A DNA stretch of 63,228 nucleotides, counting the filler, from Sandaracinaceae bacterium (GTDB lineage Bacteria > Myxococcota_A > Polyangia > Polyangiales > JADJQN01): the NCBI GenBank assembly GCA_947483975.1. It is 11 parts of 11 records of this genome, joined end to end, with 100 filler letters (N's around TTAATTAATTAA, not from the genome) between each part and the next. Parts side by side here need not be neighbours in the genome. Positions count along the whole stretch, not along the records: positions 40,537 to 46,156 come from CANKOL010000343.1; positions 46,257 to 51,855 come from CANKOL010000344.1; positions 51,956 to 57,542 come from CANKOL010000345.1; 8 more parts are not named here. One strand, written 5' to 3'. Of this stretch, positions 44,462 through 54,812 are shown one piece after another. A program made the position numbers and the translations under genes. Position 1 is the stretch's first letter; each line of letters begins with the position of its first letter. The notes below the pieces were generated by a model. That model worked only from the letters and a program-made list of their open reading frames with translations, had not been told where the DNA came from and did no database searches.

Positions 44462-45135
44462 AGCTCTCCCGCTCCCCCAAAGCGATCGGCATCGCCATCG
44501 CCGTGCTCCTCGTCTCGCTCGCAGCAGATCTCGGCTCGAAGGAGTGGGCGCTGCAGAAGCTCTCCACCGCGCGCACGACGCCCGTGCCGCTCTGTGTCTT
44601 CGACGACCACGCCTACAAGCAGGATCAGCGCTTTCGCTCGGACGCCGTCGAGCTCGTCCCCGGCTGGCTCGAGCTGCGCTACGCCGAGAACTGCGGCGCG
44701 GCGTTCGGCCTCGGGAATACGCTCGGGCACGGCGCGCGCTTCGCGCTCTTCTTCGGCGCCGCGCTCCTCGCGATCGGCGTGCTCGGGCGGATGTTCCTGC
44801 AGGGGAAGGGCGGCGCGCTCTTCGCGTACGCCGTCCCGCTGATCGCCTCCGGCGCGCTCGGGAACATCCACGACCGCATCCGGCATGGCTACGTCGTGGA
44901 CTTCATCCGCGCGTTCCACGGCACCTGGGAGTACCCGACCTTCAACGTCGCCGACGCCGCGATCAGCGTCGGGGTCGGATTGCTCCTCCTCGAGGGGCTG
45001 CTCACGCCCGCAGAGAAGAAGTCGCACGGCGTCAAGGACGCGCCCGCCGCGCCCGCGCCCAAGGCTGCTGACGACGTGCCTGCGGTCGCAGACGCCCCGG
45101 CAGCCGACTCGAGCGCCTCCGCGGACGAAGCGTAG
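44458..45135 (+). CDS. lspA: Lipoprotein signal peptidase II (copy 2)
   Basis: DLGSK, NCGAAFG, GNIHDR, VVDFI, FNVAD. Confidence 0.92.
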   Translation: MKLSRSPKAIGIAIAVLLVSLAADLGSKEWALQKLSTARTTPVPLCVFDDHAYKQDQRFRSDAVELVPGWLELRYAENCGAAFGLGNTLGHGARFALFFGAALLAIGVLGRMFLQGKGGALFAYAVPLIASGALGNIHDRIRHGYVVDFIRAFHGTWEYPTFNVADAAISVGVGLLLLEGLLTPAEKKSHGVKDAPAAPAPKAADDVPAVADAPAADSSASADEA

Positions 45136-45145
45136 CCAGCGCGCG

Positions 45146-46135
45146 ATGCACACGCCGCTCTTCACGATCTTCGGGCAGGCGCTCCCTTCGTACTTCGTCA
45201 TGCTCGTGGGCGGCTTCGCGCTCGTCACTTGGATGGCGGTGCGCTGGGCGAAGCGCGGGCGACACGACCACGAGGTGATGCTCGACCTCGGGCTCTTCGC
45301 GCTGATCGCGGGCGTCGCCGGCGCGCGCGTGCTCCACGTGATCGCGGACGGATACTTCTGGGACTACGTGCACCTCTGCACGAATCCGTCGCTCGTCGCC
45401 TGGCACGTCGATCAGGCGGAGTGCCACGCGATCGAGGGGATCTGGGACGCGGCGGCTGCGGTCTGCCGGCCCGCGCCCGAGGCCTTCACGCTCGACGGTT
45501 GCCTCGCGTGGGCCGCGTTTTGGCGCGGCGGGCTCACCTACTACGGCGGCCTGATCGCCGCCGCCGCGTACTGCATCTACTTCCTCCACCGCGAGAAGTT
45601 CCCCGTGCTCAAGGGCATGGACGGCGCCGCGATGAGCATCTCGCTCGGGCTCTTCTTCGGTCGCATGGGCTGCTTCCTCGGCGGCTGCTGCTTCGGCCTG
45701 CCGACCGACGGGCCCTTTGGCCTTTCGTTCCCCGCGTGGTCTCCGGCGAGCGAGGCGCAGTTCCGCCTGCACGAGCTCTCGAGCGCGGGCTTGCCGTCGC
45801 TGCCGGTGCACCCGACGCAGCTCTACGAGGCGCTCGGCTGCCTGACGCTCGCCGCGACGCTCATGCTCGTCGTGCACCCGCGCAAGCGCTTCGACGGGCA
45901 GATCTTCTGCCTGTTCCTCGGCGGCTACTCGGTGATCCGCTTCCTGCTCGAGTACCTCCGCGCCGACGACCGCGGCGGGCTTCTCGGCCTCTCGACGTCG
46001 CAGCTGATCAGCGTCGTCGCCGTCGTCGGCGCGGGCGTCCTCTACGTGCTCTTCCAGAGGCACGCGAAGACGAAGCTCGCCGCGCCGCCATCCGCGCCTA
46101 GTTCGCCCGCAGCGCCCGCTGCCGCGAGCGCCTGA
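45146..46135 (+). CDS. lgt: Prolipoprotein diacylglyceryl transferase
   Basis: GARVLHV, GGLTYYGG, GRMGCFLGGCCFG, HPTQLYE and RFLLEYLR; Cys-rich insert. Confidence 0.92.
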   Translation: MHTPLFTIFGQALPSYFVMLVGGFALVTWMAVRWAKRGRHDHEVMLDLGLFALIAGVAGARVLHVIADGYFWDYVHLCTNPSLVAWHVDQAECHAIEGIWDAAAAVCRPAPEAFTLDGCLAWAAFWRGGLTYYGGLIAAAAYCIYFLHREKFPVLKGMDGAAMSISLGLFFGRMGCFLGGCCFGLPTDGPFGLSFPAWSPASEAQFRLHELSSAGLPSLPVHPTQLYEALGCLTLAATLMLVVHPRKRFDGQIFCLFLGGYSVIRFLLEYLRADDRGGLLGLSTSQLISVVAVVGAGVLYVLFQRHAKTKLAAPPSAPSSPAAPAAASA

Positions 46136-46256
46136 CCCCCCGCTCCAAGGAGACCCNNNNNNNNNNNNNNNNNNNNNNNNNNNNNNNNNNNNNNNNNNNN
46201 TTAATTAATTAANNNNNNNNNNNNNNNNNNNNNNNNNNNNNNNNNNNNNNNNNNNN

Positions 46257-47464
46257 GCCTCGCCAAGCTGTCCGAGCGCGCGCGGAGCCTCGGCGCCGAG
46301 CCGACCAGCGCCTCGGCGCGCGGCTTTCTCGCGACGGGCGAGTCGACGACCGTGGAGGTCTCCGCCCCTGCGGGGGCGTGCCTCACCATCACGGTCCTGG
46401 CGTCCGCCGGCGTGCGCGACCTCGACGCGACGCTCTACGCGCCCTCCGGCGACGTGCTCGCGCAGGACACCGCCGAGGACGCACACCCGACGCTGCAACT
46501 CTGCGCGCCGGGCGCCGTCGCACGCCGGGCCTACGTGTTCGTCCGCGCGTACAACGGCACCGGCGCGTACCTCCTCGCGACGTTCAGGAGCTTGCCCGCC
46601 GCGCTCCCTGCGCTCGCGCAGCTCGTGGGCGGCACCCCCGGGGTCGCGAGCGACAACCCAGCGGCCGTCGCCGACGACGACCGCCTCCGCGACTTCGCGC
46701 TCGGCGCCTCCTCGCGCGGCTTCGCGTCCCGCGGCGCTCCGCGCGTGGTGCCGCTCGCCGCGACGCAGACCGTGCGCATCCCGCTGTCCCTCGCCGCGGC
46801 GGAGTGCGTCAGCGTGATCGCCCTCGCCGAGAGCGGCCTCGAGGACGTCGACGCGCAGCTCCTCGACGCCGACGGCACGGAGCTCGCGCGCGACGTCGGC
46901 ACGGGACCCGACGCGACGCTGCAGTACTGCGCCGACACGGCCGCCGAGCGCTCGCTCGCGCTCACCGCGGTGCGATGGCAGGGCAGCGCGCGCGTCGCCG
47001 TCTTCGCGGGCCCGGCGACGCGCGTCGGGGGCACCTCGGGCCTCTGGCTCGGGCAGCGCGACGCCAATTTCGTCTCGGCTCGCCCGCTCGACGTCGGCAT
47101 CGCGGCGGCGCGCGCACACGCGACGGCCGACGGCTACTCCGTGCGCGGCGCGTCCACGACCGTCACGCTCGCCCGCGGCGGCGCCTCGCACAGCACGACG
47201 CACGTTCCCGCCAACACCTGCGTGCGCCTCGAGGCGACCGCGGGCCCCGGCGTCGCACGCCCGTATCTGCTCGCCTCCGCAAACGGCGCCCCGCTCGCCG
47301 AACGCGAGGGGCGCGGCGCTGGCGAGCCCGCCATCATCGACTACTGCACGCCGACTGCGCTCGACCTCGACGTCGCGCTCGTCGCCCGCGCGAGCAGCGG
47401 CGACGTCGCGCTGACGGTCTCGTCCCGCCCGCTCGCCACGGACTCAGCCGCCCCGCCTCACTGA
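46257..47464 (+). CDS. Hypothetical protein with three tandem beta-sandwich-like repeat domains (5' truncated)
   Basis: Repeated C.....A..G..D(L/V)DA.L....G..LA.D......L..C units. Confidence 0.6.
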
Positions 47465-47970
47465 CCGCCCTGACCGTGCACGTACTCGACGAAGTCGCCG
47501 ACGTCCCGCGCGAGGCGTCCCTCGGCGTCCTGCGCGCTCGTCGCGCCCGCCTGCACGTGCTCGCTGTGCGGGTCGAACGCGTACGCGCGCTCGTCGAGCA
47601 AGAGCACCTGCGCGCGGGCATCGTCCCCTGCGCCGGGCAGAATCTGTAGCTCGCGCGAGCGCGGCGGCTCGGGCAGCGTCGGCTCGTCGGCGCGGTCTTG
47701 CCCCGTCACGTACTCGATGCCGAAGTCTCCCGCGCCGAGGTGGACGTCGACGCGGAAGCGGAGCTCGCCGCCGAGGTCGAGGTCCCAGCCGGGCGTGAAC
47801 GCCATGCCGCGCTCCCGCAGCGTCGCCTCGATCACCTCGAGCGCGCGCGCCTCGCCGAGCTGCGTCTCACGCTCCGCGACGGTGTGCGGGACGGGCGCCG
47901 CACCGCAGCTCGAGCCGAGCAGGAGCGCCTGAAGAACCAGAAGAAAGCTGAAAATTCGCGAAGGGTTCAT
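47458..47970 (-). CDS. Hypothetical lipoprotein
   Basis: Signal peptide ending LGSSC. Confidence 0.55.
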   Translation of the reverse strand: MNPSRIFSFLLVLQALLLGSSCGAAPVPHTVAERETQLGEARALEVIEATLRERGMAFTPGWDLDLGGELRFRVDVHLGAGDFGIEYVTGQDRADEPTLPEPPRSRELQILPGAGDDARAQVLLLDERAYAFDPHSEHVQAGATSAQDAEGRLARDVGDFVEYVHGQGGQ

Positions 47971-47978
47971 CGTGCTTC

Positions 47979-48578
47979 TCATTCGAGCGTCAGCGGATAG
48001 TGAGCGATCATCTCCGGCCCATCGAACGCGGGGAACGCGACCGCGCGAACCGCGCCGCGCAGGCACTCGCCCGCGTCCCCGGTGGAGACCGCCGCGGGCC
48101 CGGCGAGATTCACCGCCGTCACGCGCCCGGTCCCCGCGATCTTGATCCCGAGCACCAATCGTCCCGTCACCGGCGCGTCCCCCGGCACGAGCAGCAAGCA
48201 GCGTCGAATGCGCCCCATCGCGCCATCGAGCGCGCGCTCGATCTGCGGCTCCGTCAGCTGCGCCTCACCGCCGCTCGCGCCGACGTCGAGCGTGCGCGTC
48301 GCGCCCTCACCGAGGCTATCGCCGGTCGTCGCCTCTCCCTCGGGCACTGCGCCGCCGTTCGCGCCGTTCGCCGCCGCGCCGCCCGTCGCGCGCCGAATAC
48401 CCCGCCGGCGTCCCTTGGTCGGAACCTCCGCGCCGCCGTCAGGCGCCGCGTTCACGGCGACGACCGGCTCGAGGGGCGTCTCCCGCGCAGGCCCGAACAC
48501 GCCCCCGAGGTAGAGCGCGCCCCCGACCCCGATCCACAGCAGCGAAGCCGTCCCGAACCCAGCGAAGAACTTCTGCAC
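47979..48578 (-). CDS. Membrane-anchored AgmX/PglI C-terminal (TonB_C-like) domain protein
   Basis: N-terminal TM, then LTEPQI...IRRC...GRLVLGIKIAGTGRV...CL...VAFP...YPL. Confidence 0.7.
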   Translation of the reverse strand: MQKFFAGFGTASLLWIGVGGALYLGGVFGPARETPLEPVVAVNAAPDGGAEVPTKGRRRGIRRATGGAAANGANGGAVPEGEATTGDSLGEGATRTLDVGASGGEAQLTEPQIERALDGAMGRIRRCLLLVPGDAPVTGRLVLGIKIAGTGRVTAVNLAGPAAVSTGDAGECLRGAVRAVAFPAFDGPEMIAHYPLTLE

Positions 48579-48698
48579 CGGGCGGCTATATCACGCCGAC
48601 GTGCCCGCGACCGAAGCGCGGCGCAACGCCACTTTCTGCGCCATCGGCGGCCTGACGCCGCTTGACCGCCCCGTACCGCTACTTTACCGTCACGCGCC

Positions 48699-49361
48699 GT
48701 GAGACCCGACCGCCGTTCTCTCCACTTCGCGCTCGCGCTGGTCGTTGCGCTTGTCGCTCTCGCCGGGCCCTCCGTGGCCTCGGCCCAGGCCATCGAGGAC
48801 GAGCGCCCGCCCGGCACCGGCGGCGACGAGGGCGCGAGCACGGAAGACGAGGGCCCGCCGCCCGTCGTCATGCCGTGGCGCATCCTCGGGAGCGTCGGCG
48901 GCGGCGTCACGCTGCGCATCGTCAACGACCTCACGCTCTCGCAGAAGCGCTTCGGTCCCAGTTTCTTCGACGTCGCAGGCTCGGTCGTGTTCCCCAGCGC
49001 AAGCCGCTGGCGGCACGGCGTGACGCTCGCTTTGTCGGGCAACGTCGACGGCGAAGGTCCGCCCGCGCCGGACGTCAACGGCATCGACGGCCTCTCGCAG
49101 TGGACGCTCACTCCCTCCTACCTCGCGTACTTCCGCTTCGGCGAGGACCTCGTCCTGACGGGTCGCGCGGGCGCCGCGCTGACGGTCGCGCCGTACTTCG
49201 TCATGGGCGGCGAAGCCTCCCTCGGCGCGGTCTATCTCTTCACCGCTGGCTTCGGGGCGTACGCGGAGGTCACCGTCGACCTCGCGTTCGGGCTCTCCGG
49301 CGTCAGCCCCACCGCGAGCGCCGAAGCGGGAATTACCATCGACTACGAGGTCCTGCCGTGA
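48699..49361 (+). CDS. Probable small outer-membrane beta-barrel protein
   Basis: Signal peptide (ASAQ), alternating beta-strand pattern and C-terminal GITIDYEVLP. Confidence 0.6.
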   Translation: MRPDRRSLHFALALVVALVALAGPSVASAQAIEDERPPGTGGDEGASTEDEGPPPVVMPWRILGSVGGGVTLRIVNDLTLSQKRFGPSFFDVAGSVVFPSASRWRHGVTLALSGNVDGEGPPAPDVNGIDGLSQWTLTPSYLAYFRFGEDLVLTGRAGAALTVAPYFVMGGEASLGAVYLFTAGFGAYAEVTVDLAFGLSGVSPTASAEAGITIDYEVLP

Positions 49362-49888
49362 AGCGCTCCACCCTCGGACGCGCCCTCGTGGGCGCCATTC
49401 TCTTTCTCACGCTCGGCGGGCCCGCGCCCGGCGCCGTCGGCTCTTGCGGTGGCGAGGTCAGCGTCGTCGACGCCAAGCAGTTCTGCGCGACCAAGCGGGC
49501 GCTCGAGTGCGACCGCGCCCGCGCGCGCGGCGAGACGCAGGCGACCGCGCCGATCCCGTGCACCGACGACGCCTCGACGCCCGAGAACGAGGCGCTCCCC
49601 ACGGTCTGCAACTGGCTCTACTGCCGCAGCCTCGTCCCCGGCGCGTGCGCTGCCGTGGATTGGCCGACCGACTGCACGCCGCCTCCCACGGAGCTGGTGA
49701 CGAACGCCTGCCTGAACGCGCTCAACGACTTCAGCCGCCTGAGCACGCCGAGCGCAGACATCGCCGAGTGCAACATCAACGTGATCTGCCCGCCGCCGGG
49801 CGCTGCGTTGACCGAGGCGCTCCAAGAGACTCCGTACGATCCCGAGCCGACCGCGCCCGCGACTCCCGCCGCGCCCGAGGGACTGTGA
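49358..49888 (+). CDS. Cys-rich secreted hypothetical protein
   Basis: GTG start overlaps the upstream stop; hydrophobic N-terminus and about 11 Cys. Confidence 0.6.
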   Translation: MKRSTLGRALVGAILFLTLGGPAPGAVGSCGGEVSVVDAKQFCATKRALECDRARARGETQATAPIPCTDDASTPENEALPTVCNWLYCRSLVPGACAAVDWPTDCTPPPTELVTNACLNALNDFSRLSTPSADIAECNINVICPPPGAALTEALQETPYDPEPTAPATPAAPEGL

Positions 49889-51234
49889 TGAAGAAGCGCT
49901 CCATCGCCACGCTCCTCGCTGTCTTCGTGCTGCTCGGCACGGGCTGCGCGATCTTCGCGGGCAAGTCCGAGTACGCCGCGTACCGCACCGTCCGCACGGC
50001 CCCCGACGATCAGGCGCGCTTGCTCGCAGAGCAGGCGTACCTCGCCGAGAACCCGACCGGCGTCTGGGCGAAGGAAGTCCAAGCCCACCGGGTCGAGGCC
50101 GAGCCTGCGGTCTGGGAGGCCGGCAAGGCGACGCGCGAAGGCCTCGAGTTCTACCTCGCGGCGTTCCCCGACGGTCCGCACGTCGCGCAGGCTCGCCCGC
50201 GCCTCGCCGCGCTCATGACGGTGCGCGGTCGCCGCGACATCGAAGAGGACCGCCGCCGCGCCGTCGAGGCGCAGCGCCGCGCCCAGCAAGAGGAGCAGCG
50301 CCGCACCTGGACGACGCGCGCGCTCACGTATTGGGGGCACACGCTCCTCAGCCTGCAGGGCTGGGGCTCGCCGATCCCCGAGGTCGCGCAGCAGAACCCG
50401 AGCTTCTCGCGCGGCTTCGGCGAGAACCCGCGCCCGCGCTGCACCGCCGACCAGTGCATGAAGTTCTATCGCAACGTCTATGCGATCCCCGTCCCCGGCG
50501 CGACGCGCATCGACCGCTCGATCGAGCTGCTGCTGCGACTCTCGATGCCCGGCGGAAACGTCGATCGCGTCGAGATGCTCTTGCCCAACAAGGGCTTCTC
50601 GCGCTGGTTCGAGATGGAGAACCGCACGATCGTCACCGACGAGGACCCCACGCAGCGCCAGCAGGCGATCGACTGGGTCCTCGAGCGCCTCGCGCCCGTG
50701 ATCGGTGAGGCGGGCACCGCCGAACCGACCGACGGCGTCACGCTCCCGGCGATCGCCGCGCTGCCCTTCACGTCGACGGGCGAAGCGACCGGCACCGGCA
50801 CGCCCGGCTCTGGTGGAGCCGACGCCGCCGATGAACCGGCCCCCGCGACCGAGCCTCCTCCCGTGGCGATCACGCCCGAGGACGCGGTCGCCATCACGCC
50901 CGAGGACGCGCTCGCCGACGTCGACGGCGGCGCGCCCACGAACACCGCGGACGACCTCCTCAACCAGATGGAAGGCACGCCTACCACGCCGGTGCAAGTC
51001 GCGCCGCCCGTCGCTCCGCCGCCCGTCGCGGCGGTCGAGGCGCCCGTCGCGCCCCGCGCGATCCGCGTCTTCACGACCGCCACGCTCCGCTTCGTCATCT
51101 TCGCCGCCGCCGACGAGGACTACGGCGCGGCCTACGACGGCTTCTACGTCGAGCGCAACCGCCCGGCGCCCCCGCCGGTCGTCACGCCGCCCGTCCGCGG
51201 GCGTCGCCCCGCGCGTCCGGCGCCGCATCCCTGA
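49888..51234 (+). CDS. Hypothetical lipoprotein
   Basis: MKKR.. lipobox GTGC, YL..NPTG and YLAAFPDG repeats, Pro-rich insert. Confidence 0.7.
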   Translation: MKKRSIATLLAVFVLLGTGCAIFAGKSEYAAYRTVRTAPDDQARLLAEQAYLAENPTGVWAKEVQAHRVEAEPAVWEAGKATREGLEFYLAAFPDGPHVAQARPRLAALMTVRGRRDIEEDRRRAVEAQRRAQQEEQRRTWTTRALTYWGHTLLSLQGWGSPIPEVAQQNPSFSRGFGENPRPRCTADQCMKFYRNVYAIPVPGATRIDRSIELLLRLSMPGGNVDRVEMLLPNKGFSRWFEMENRTIVTDEDPTQRQQAIDWVLERLAPVIGEAGTAEPTDGVTLPAIAALPFTSTGEATGTGTPGSGGADAADEPAPATEPPPVAITPEDAVAITPEDALADVDGGAPTNTADDLLNQMEGTPTTPVQVAPPVAPPPVAAVEAPVAPRAIRVFTTATLRFVIFAAADEDYGAAYDGFYVERNRPAPPPVVTPPVRGRRPARPAPHP

Positions 51235-51280
51235 GCGGGCCCGCGCCGCTCCCCCGATCTCCGCTCGCAGCGAGGCTCTT

Positions 51281-51855
51281 TTGCGTCTGTCGTCGTTCTA
51301 CGCGCTCTGCTCGCTGCTGATGGTGCTCGGTTCTGGCTGCGGAGATGACGACACCCCCGTCGTGGTCGCACCGGACCTCGGCCCGCCTCCGCCCCCGGCC
51401 GCGTTCGCGAGCCCGAACATCGCGTACGAGGGGCAGCAGCGCTTCGTCGCCTCGATCACCTCACCCGGCCTCGACCTGACTGACGCCGTCGTCACGCCGA
51501 TGGTGCCCGGGGGCGCCCTCGACCTCGTCGAGGTGCACTGCAACGCGACCCGCTGCGGCGTGCACCTCCGCATCCGGGACACCCGCACGAACGCGGACGT
51601 CCCCGATCCGGTCCCCGCGCCGATCAGCAACCGCAACGAGTTCCTCGACATCCGCGTAGGCACAGTGATGCGCCGCGCGGTCATCACGGTGTGGCCCGCG
51701 CAGGAGCTGAACGGCTCCGGCACGGCGTCGCTCCGCGATGCGCTGCTCGCCTCGGGTGGCACCGTCAGCGCGACAGGAAGCTACGTCGGCGCGCCGGTTG
51801 GCGGCCCCGTCCGCTGGTTCTCGATGGGCCCGCTGAGCTTCGCGGGCACGCTCGA
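51281..51855 (+). CDS. Hypothetical lipoprotein (3' truncated)
   Basis: TTG start and lipobox GSGCGDDD. Confidence 0.55.
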
Positions 51856-51956
51856 NNNNNNNNNNNNNNNNNNNNNNNNNNNNNNNNNNNNNNNNNNNNT
51901 TAATTAATTAANNNNNNNNNNNNNNNNNNNNNNNNNNNNNNNNNNNNNNNNNNNNC

Positions 51957-52154
51957 GCCGTCCGCGACGCCAAGCGCGAGCACGCCGCGGCGACCTCCGC
52001 CGCTGAGCTTGCGCGCTCCACGCTCGCGGACGCCCGCGCCGCGCGCGAGGCCGTCGAGAAGCACCATGCGACGTGGCTCGCGGGCGAGCGGCGCGCCGAG
52101 GAAGCGCGCGCCGAGGCCGAAGCCGAGGATGTGTTGGCAGGTCGGAGGCGCTGA
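51957..52154 (+). CDS. C-terminus of a coiled-coil protein, FliJ/YscO-like (5' truncated)
   Basis: Manual translation ...AREAVEKHHATWLAGERRAEEARAEAEAEDV resembles FliJ/SctO C-termini. Confidence 0.4.
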   Translation, partial: AVRDAKREHAAATSAAELARSTLADARAAREAVEKHHATWLAGERRAEEARAEAEAEDVLAGRRR

Positions 52155-52161
52155 GCGCGCC

Positions 52162-53207
52162 TCAGAGCGAGGTCAGCGCGAGCGTGTAGGTGCCGCTCGC
52201 GGTGCTCGAGTAGCCGTCCACGACGAGCTGAAAGAGCCCGACGCCGCTCGTCGACGCCGCCGTGATCTGCGACGCGGGATAGCCGCAACCGTCGTCGTCG
52301 CAGACGATGTTGCCAGTGGGCCCTTGGAGCTGCAGCAGCGTGTCGAAGGCGCTCGTGCAGGTGTTCGCGCTGATCGAGTGCGTCGTGCCCGGACACTGCG
52401 TCCAGTGGTAGCCGTTCTCGGCACCGCCCCCGGAGCCGCACGTCGGGGCGATCCCGCTCGCGCCGCTCGTGGCCCCCGCAAAGGTGCCCGCAGCCGTCAC
52501 GCGCGTGTTCGTCCCTGCCGCGGCGGCCATCACCTGCCAGCGCAGGCTGAAGGCGCCCGGCGTGACGTAGCTCGCGTGCGTGTGCACCGCGAAGTAGTGC
52601 GTGCCCGCGGTGACGACCGCGACGAGCTGATCCTGCACCGTCGAGCAGTCGTCGTCCTCGCAGAGCGCCGCCGCGCCGGGGCAGCTCATCCCGCGATAGG
52701 AGAGGCTCGTGTCGAGGCTGGAGCCGAGCGTGTCGAGGTAGATCAGGCTCCTGACGGCGACGTCCACGCGATAGAAGACCTCGACGCCGCTGAAGCCGCA
52801 GTCGGTGGTGTTCGCCGTCGCGCCGACGAGCGTGTCGGTGGCGCGCGTGCCGCTCGCGCCCGTCAGCAGCAGCGCGCCAGCGCAGGTGTCGTTCGAAGGC
52901 GCGGACGTGCCGCACACGCCGTCATCGACCGTGCCGTCGCAGTCGTCGTCGACCCCGTTGCAGACCTCGACGCCCGCGGCGCCCGCGACGCAGGCGACGG
53001 TCACGCCGCCCGAGCAAGCGGGGACGGTGCGCTGGCAAGCCCCGACGCCGCAGACGAGGTTGCCGAGGTCCTCGTCGACCAGGCTATCGCAGTCGTCGTC
53101 GATGCCGTCGCAGACCTCGATGCCCGCGGTGCCCGGCGTGCAGGTCTGCGTGACGCCGCCCGTGCACGCGACGACCGAGCGCGCGCACGCGCCGACGCCG
53201 CAGCTGA
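52162..53207 (-). pseudogene. 5'-truncated MopE-like Cys/Asp-repeat surface protein gene
   Basis: EVCDGIDDDCD and EVCNGVDDDCDG repeats plus two DT.L...C.DD domains. The frame begins mid-repeat (SCGVGAC) exactly at the IS end, with no signal peptide or native start. Confidence 0.75.
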
Positions 53208-54812
53208 AGAGCCGTAGAACAAAGCCCCGCGCCACTGGTGAAGGGACGCGACAGCGTCGAGCTCCGGCTATAGGGCGGGGCCTTGTGCCCCGCCGAGCGC
53301 TCGGTCTGGCCACGACGGTTCTCGATGCGCGGAGGGGCTTCGATTTTTTCGCGGGACTGTTCGGTATCGCTGGCCGCAAGGCGGCGCTCGAAGGTCGAGA
53401 AACGCGGGTGCGGCGCGGAAAGTTCCGCGCATCGGGTGGTCAACATGAACGCCGCGTTCACGAGACCGAAGCGCGCTCGAGCAGCGCGCAGGCGTCAGCG
53501 AAGCAGTGCGGCAGCGTGTTGCAGCAGATTCGAGGAGATGGCCGCGAGCAGCGCCATGCTCGTGATCTTTGTTGCTCCTCGTAGCAGGAACTGGCTGACG
53601 CCGTGATGAGTGCGCAGATGGGCGTTGCTGAGCTCACATAGGCTGGCGCGTGCGCGATACAACTGCTTGGCCTCGTCAGTCTTCATGCGCTCGTGCCACG
53701 CGACAATGGCAGGGTCGGCGTCTACATGCGCGCCCGATTTCTGTTGTCGCTCGGGCACGGCAATCAGCACCTCGACGCCTCGTTCTGTCGCTTCGCGAAT
53801 GCAGTCGTGAGCCGCGTGATTGGCGTCGGCCATGAGCACCTTGGGCAACTCGCCGGTGCGCCGCTCGATTTGGTCGAGCATCGGCGTGATCGAATTCATG
53901 TCGCTTCCGAGGTTGGTCACGAGCACGCCCACGATGGTGCGAGGACCGCCGAGCGGCGAACCAGCCGTCGCCATTTGCACGTTGTAGGCGGGACGGAAGC
54001 CGCCGTCGGCCATCTTCATCACGCGCGCCTCGGCGTCGGTGGTCGATGCGCGGGCAAACTCCTTTGCGGAGGGTTTGCGCTGCTCCTGTAGCTGCACGAC
54101 CGTCGTGATCGCCTCTTCTACGCGACGCTGGAAGTCACGCGCCCCCGCTTCACGACTCACCTTCTGCGCGAGGGTCAGCTCAGGGTCGTCCGCCTGCGAG
54201 AGCACCGCTTTCAGATGCAGGGCAGCCTGCTCACGACACTCCAAGAGCGAGCCATATGTGCGAAATGACGGCGCCGTCGCGGCTGCGCGGATACGAATCC
54301 CGTCCTGCGCAGCCAGGTCGAGCGACAGCAACCCTTTGTGCATCAGCGCGGCGAGAATGTCGGTCATCAGCTGGTCGAGCGCCGCGCCGTGCTCGACGCG
54401 GAACGCGGACAGCGTGTGATGACCCACCGACAGGTCGCCGACGATCCAGCGATACGCGGTGTCGCTCGCAACCCGTCGCTCGACCTCACGCGCGCTGCCG
54501 ATGCCCTCGGAGATCGCGTACAGCCACAGCACGAGTTTCATCCGCGGCGACAACGTCTTGCGCCCGACCGTGCCCTCGACGGCCTTGACCCCAGCGAGAA
54601 ACAAGCCGAGCTCGAGCGTGCCGGTCACGTCCCACAGGATCCGCGCCCGATGCGTCGGCTCGAGCGCGTCCTCCGGCATCTCGAACCGGATCACACCCTG
54701 ATTGCGCCGCGGCTCTTGAACGCGCGGCTTGCCCTTCGAGTCGTCGCTCATGCGCCCACAACCCGCGAGACCCCTCGGCCATTTCCGTCACCGGGCATTG
54801 ATCGACAGGTCT
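53208..54812 (-). mobile_element. IS1182-family insertion sequence (1605 bp)
   Basis: Imperfect terminal IRs AGAGCCGTAGAACAAAGCCC (53208) and AGACCTGTCGATCAATGCCC (reverse strand from 54812), 15/20 identical. TGA flanks both ends (53205-53207, 54813-54815). Confidence 0.85.
53495..54751 (-). CDS. IS1182-family DDE transposase
   Basis: DUF772-like N-terminus (HRAR..W, LWLYA...GIGSAREVE, HHTLSAFR), QDGIRIRA, TTDAEARVMK..GFRPAYNVQ, MADAN and YRARASLCE. Confidence 0.9.
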   Translation of the reverse strand: MSDDSKGKPRVQEPRRNQGVIRFEMPEDALEPTHRARILWDVTGTLELGLFLAGVKAVEGTVGRKTLSPRMKLVLWLYAISEGIGSAREVERRVASDTAYRWIVGDLSVGHHTLSAFRVEHGAALDQLMTDILAALMHKGLLSLDLAAQDGIRIRAAATAPSFRTYGSLLECREQAALHLKAVLSQADDPELTLAQKVSREAGARDFQRRVEEAITTVVQLQEQRKPSAKEFARASTTDAEARVMKMADGGFRPAYNVQMATAGSPLGGPRTIVGVLVTNLGSDMNSITPMLDQIERRTGELPKVLMADANHAAHDCIREATERGVEVLIAVPERQQKSGAHVDADPAIVAWHERMKTDEAKQLYRARASLCELSNAHLRTHHGVSQFLLRGATKITSMALLAAISSNLLQHAAALLR

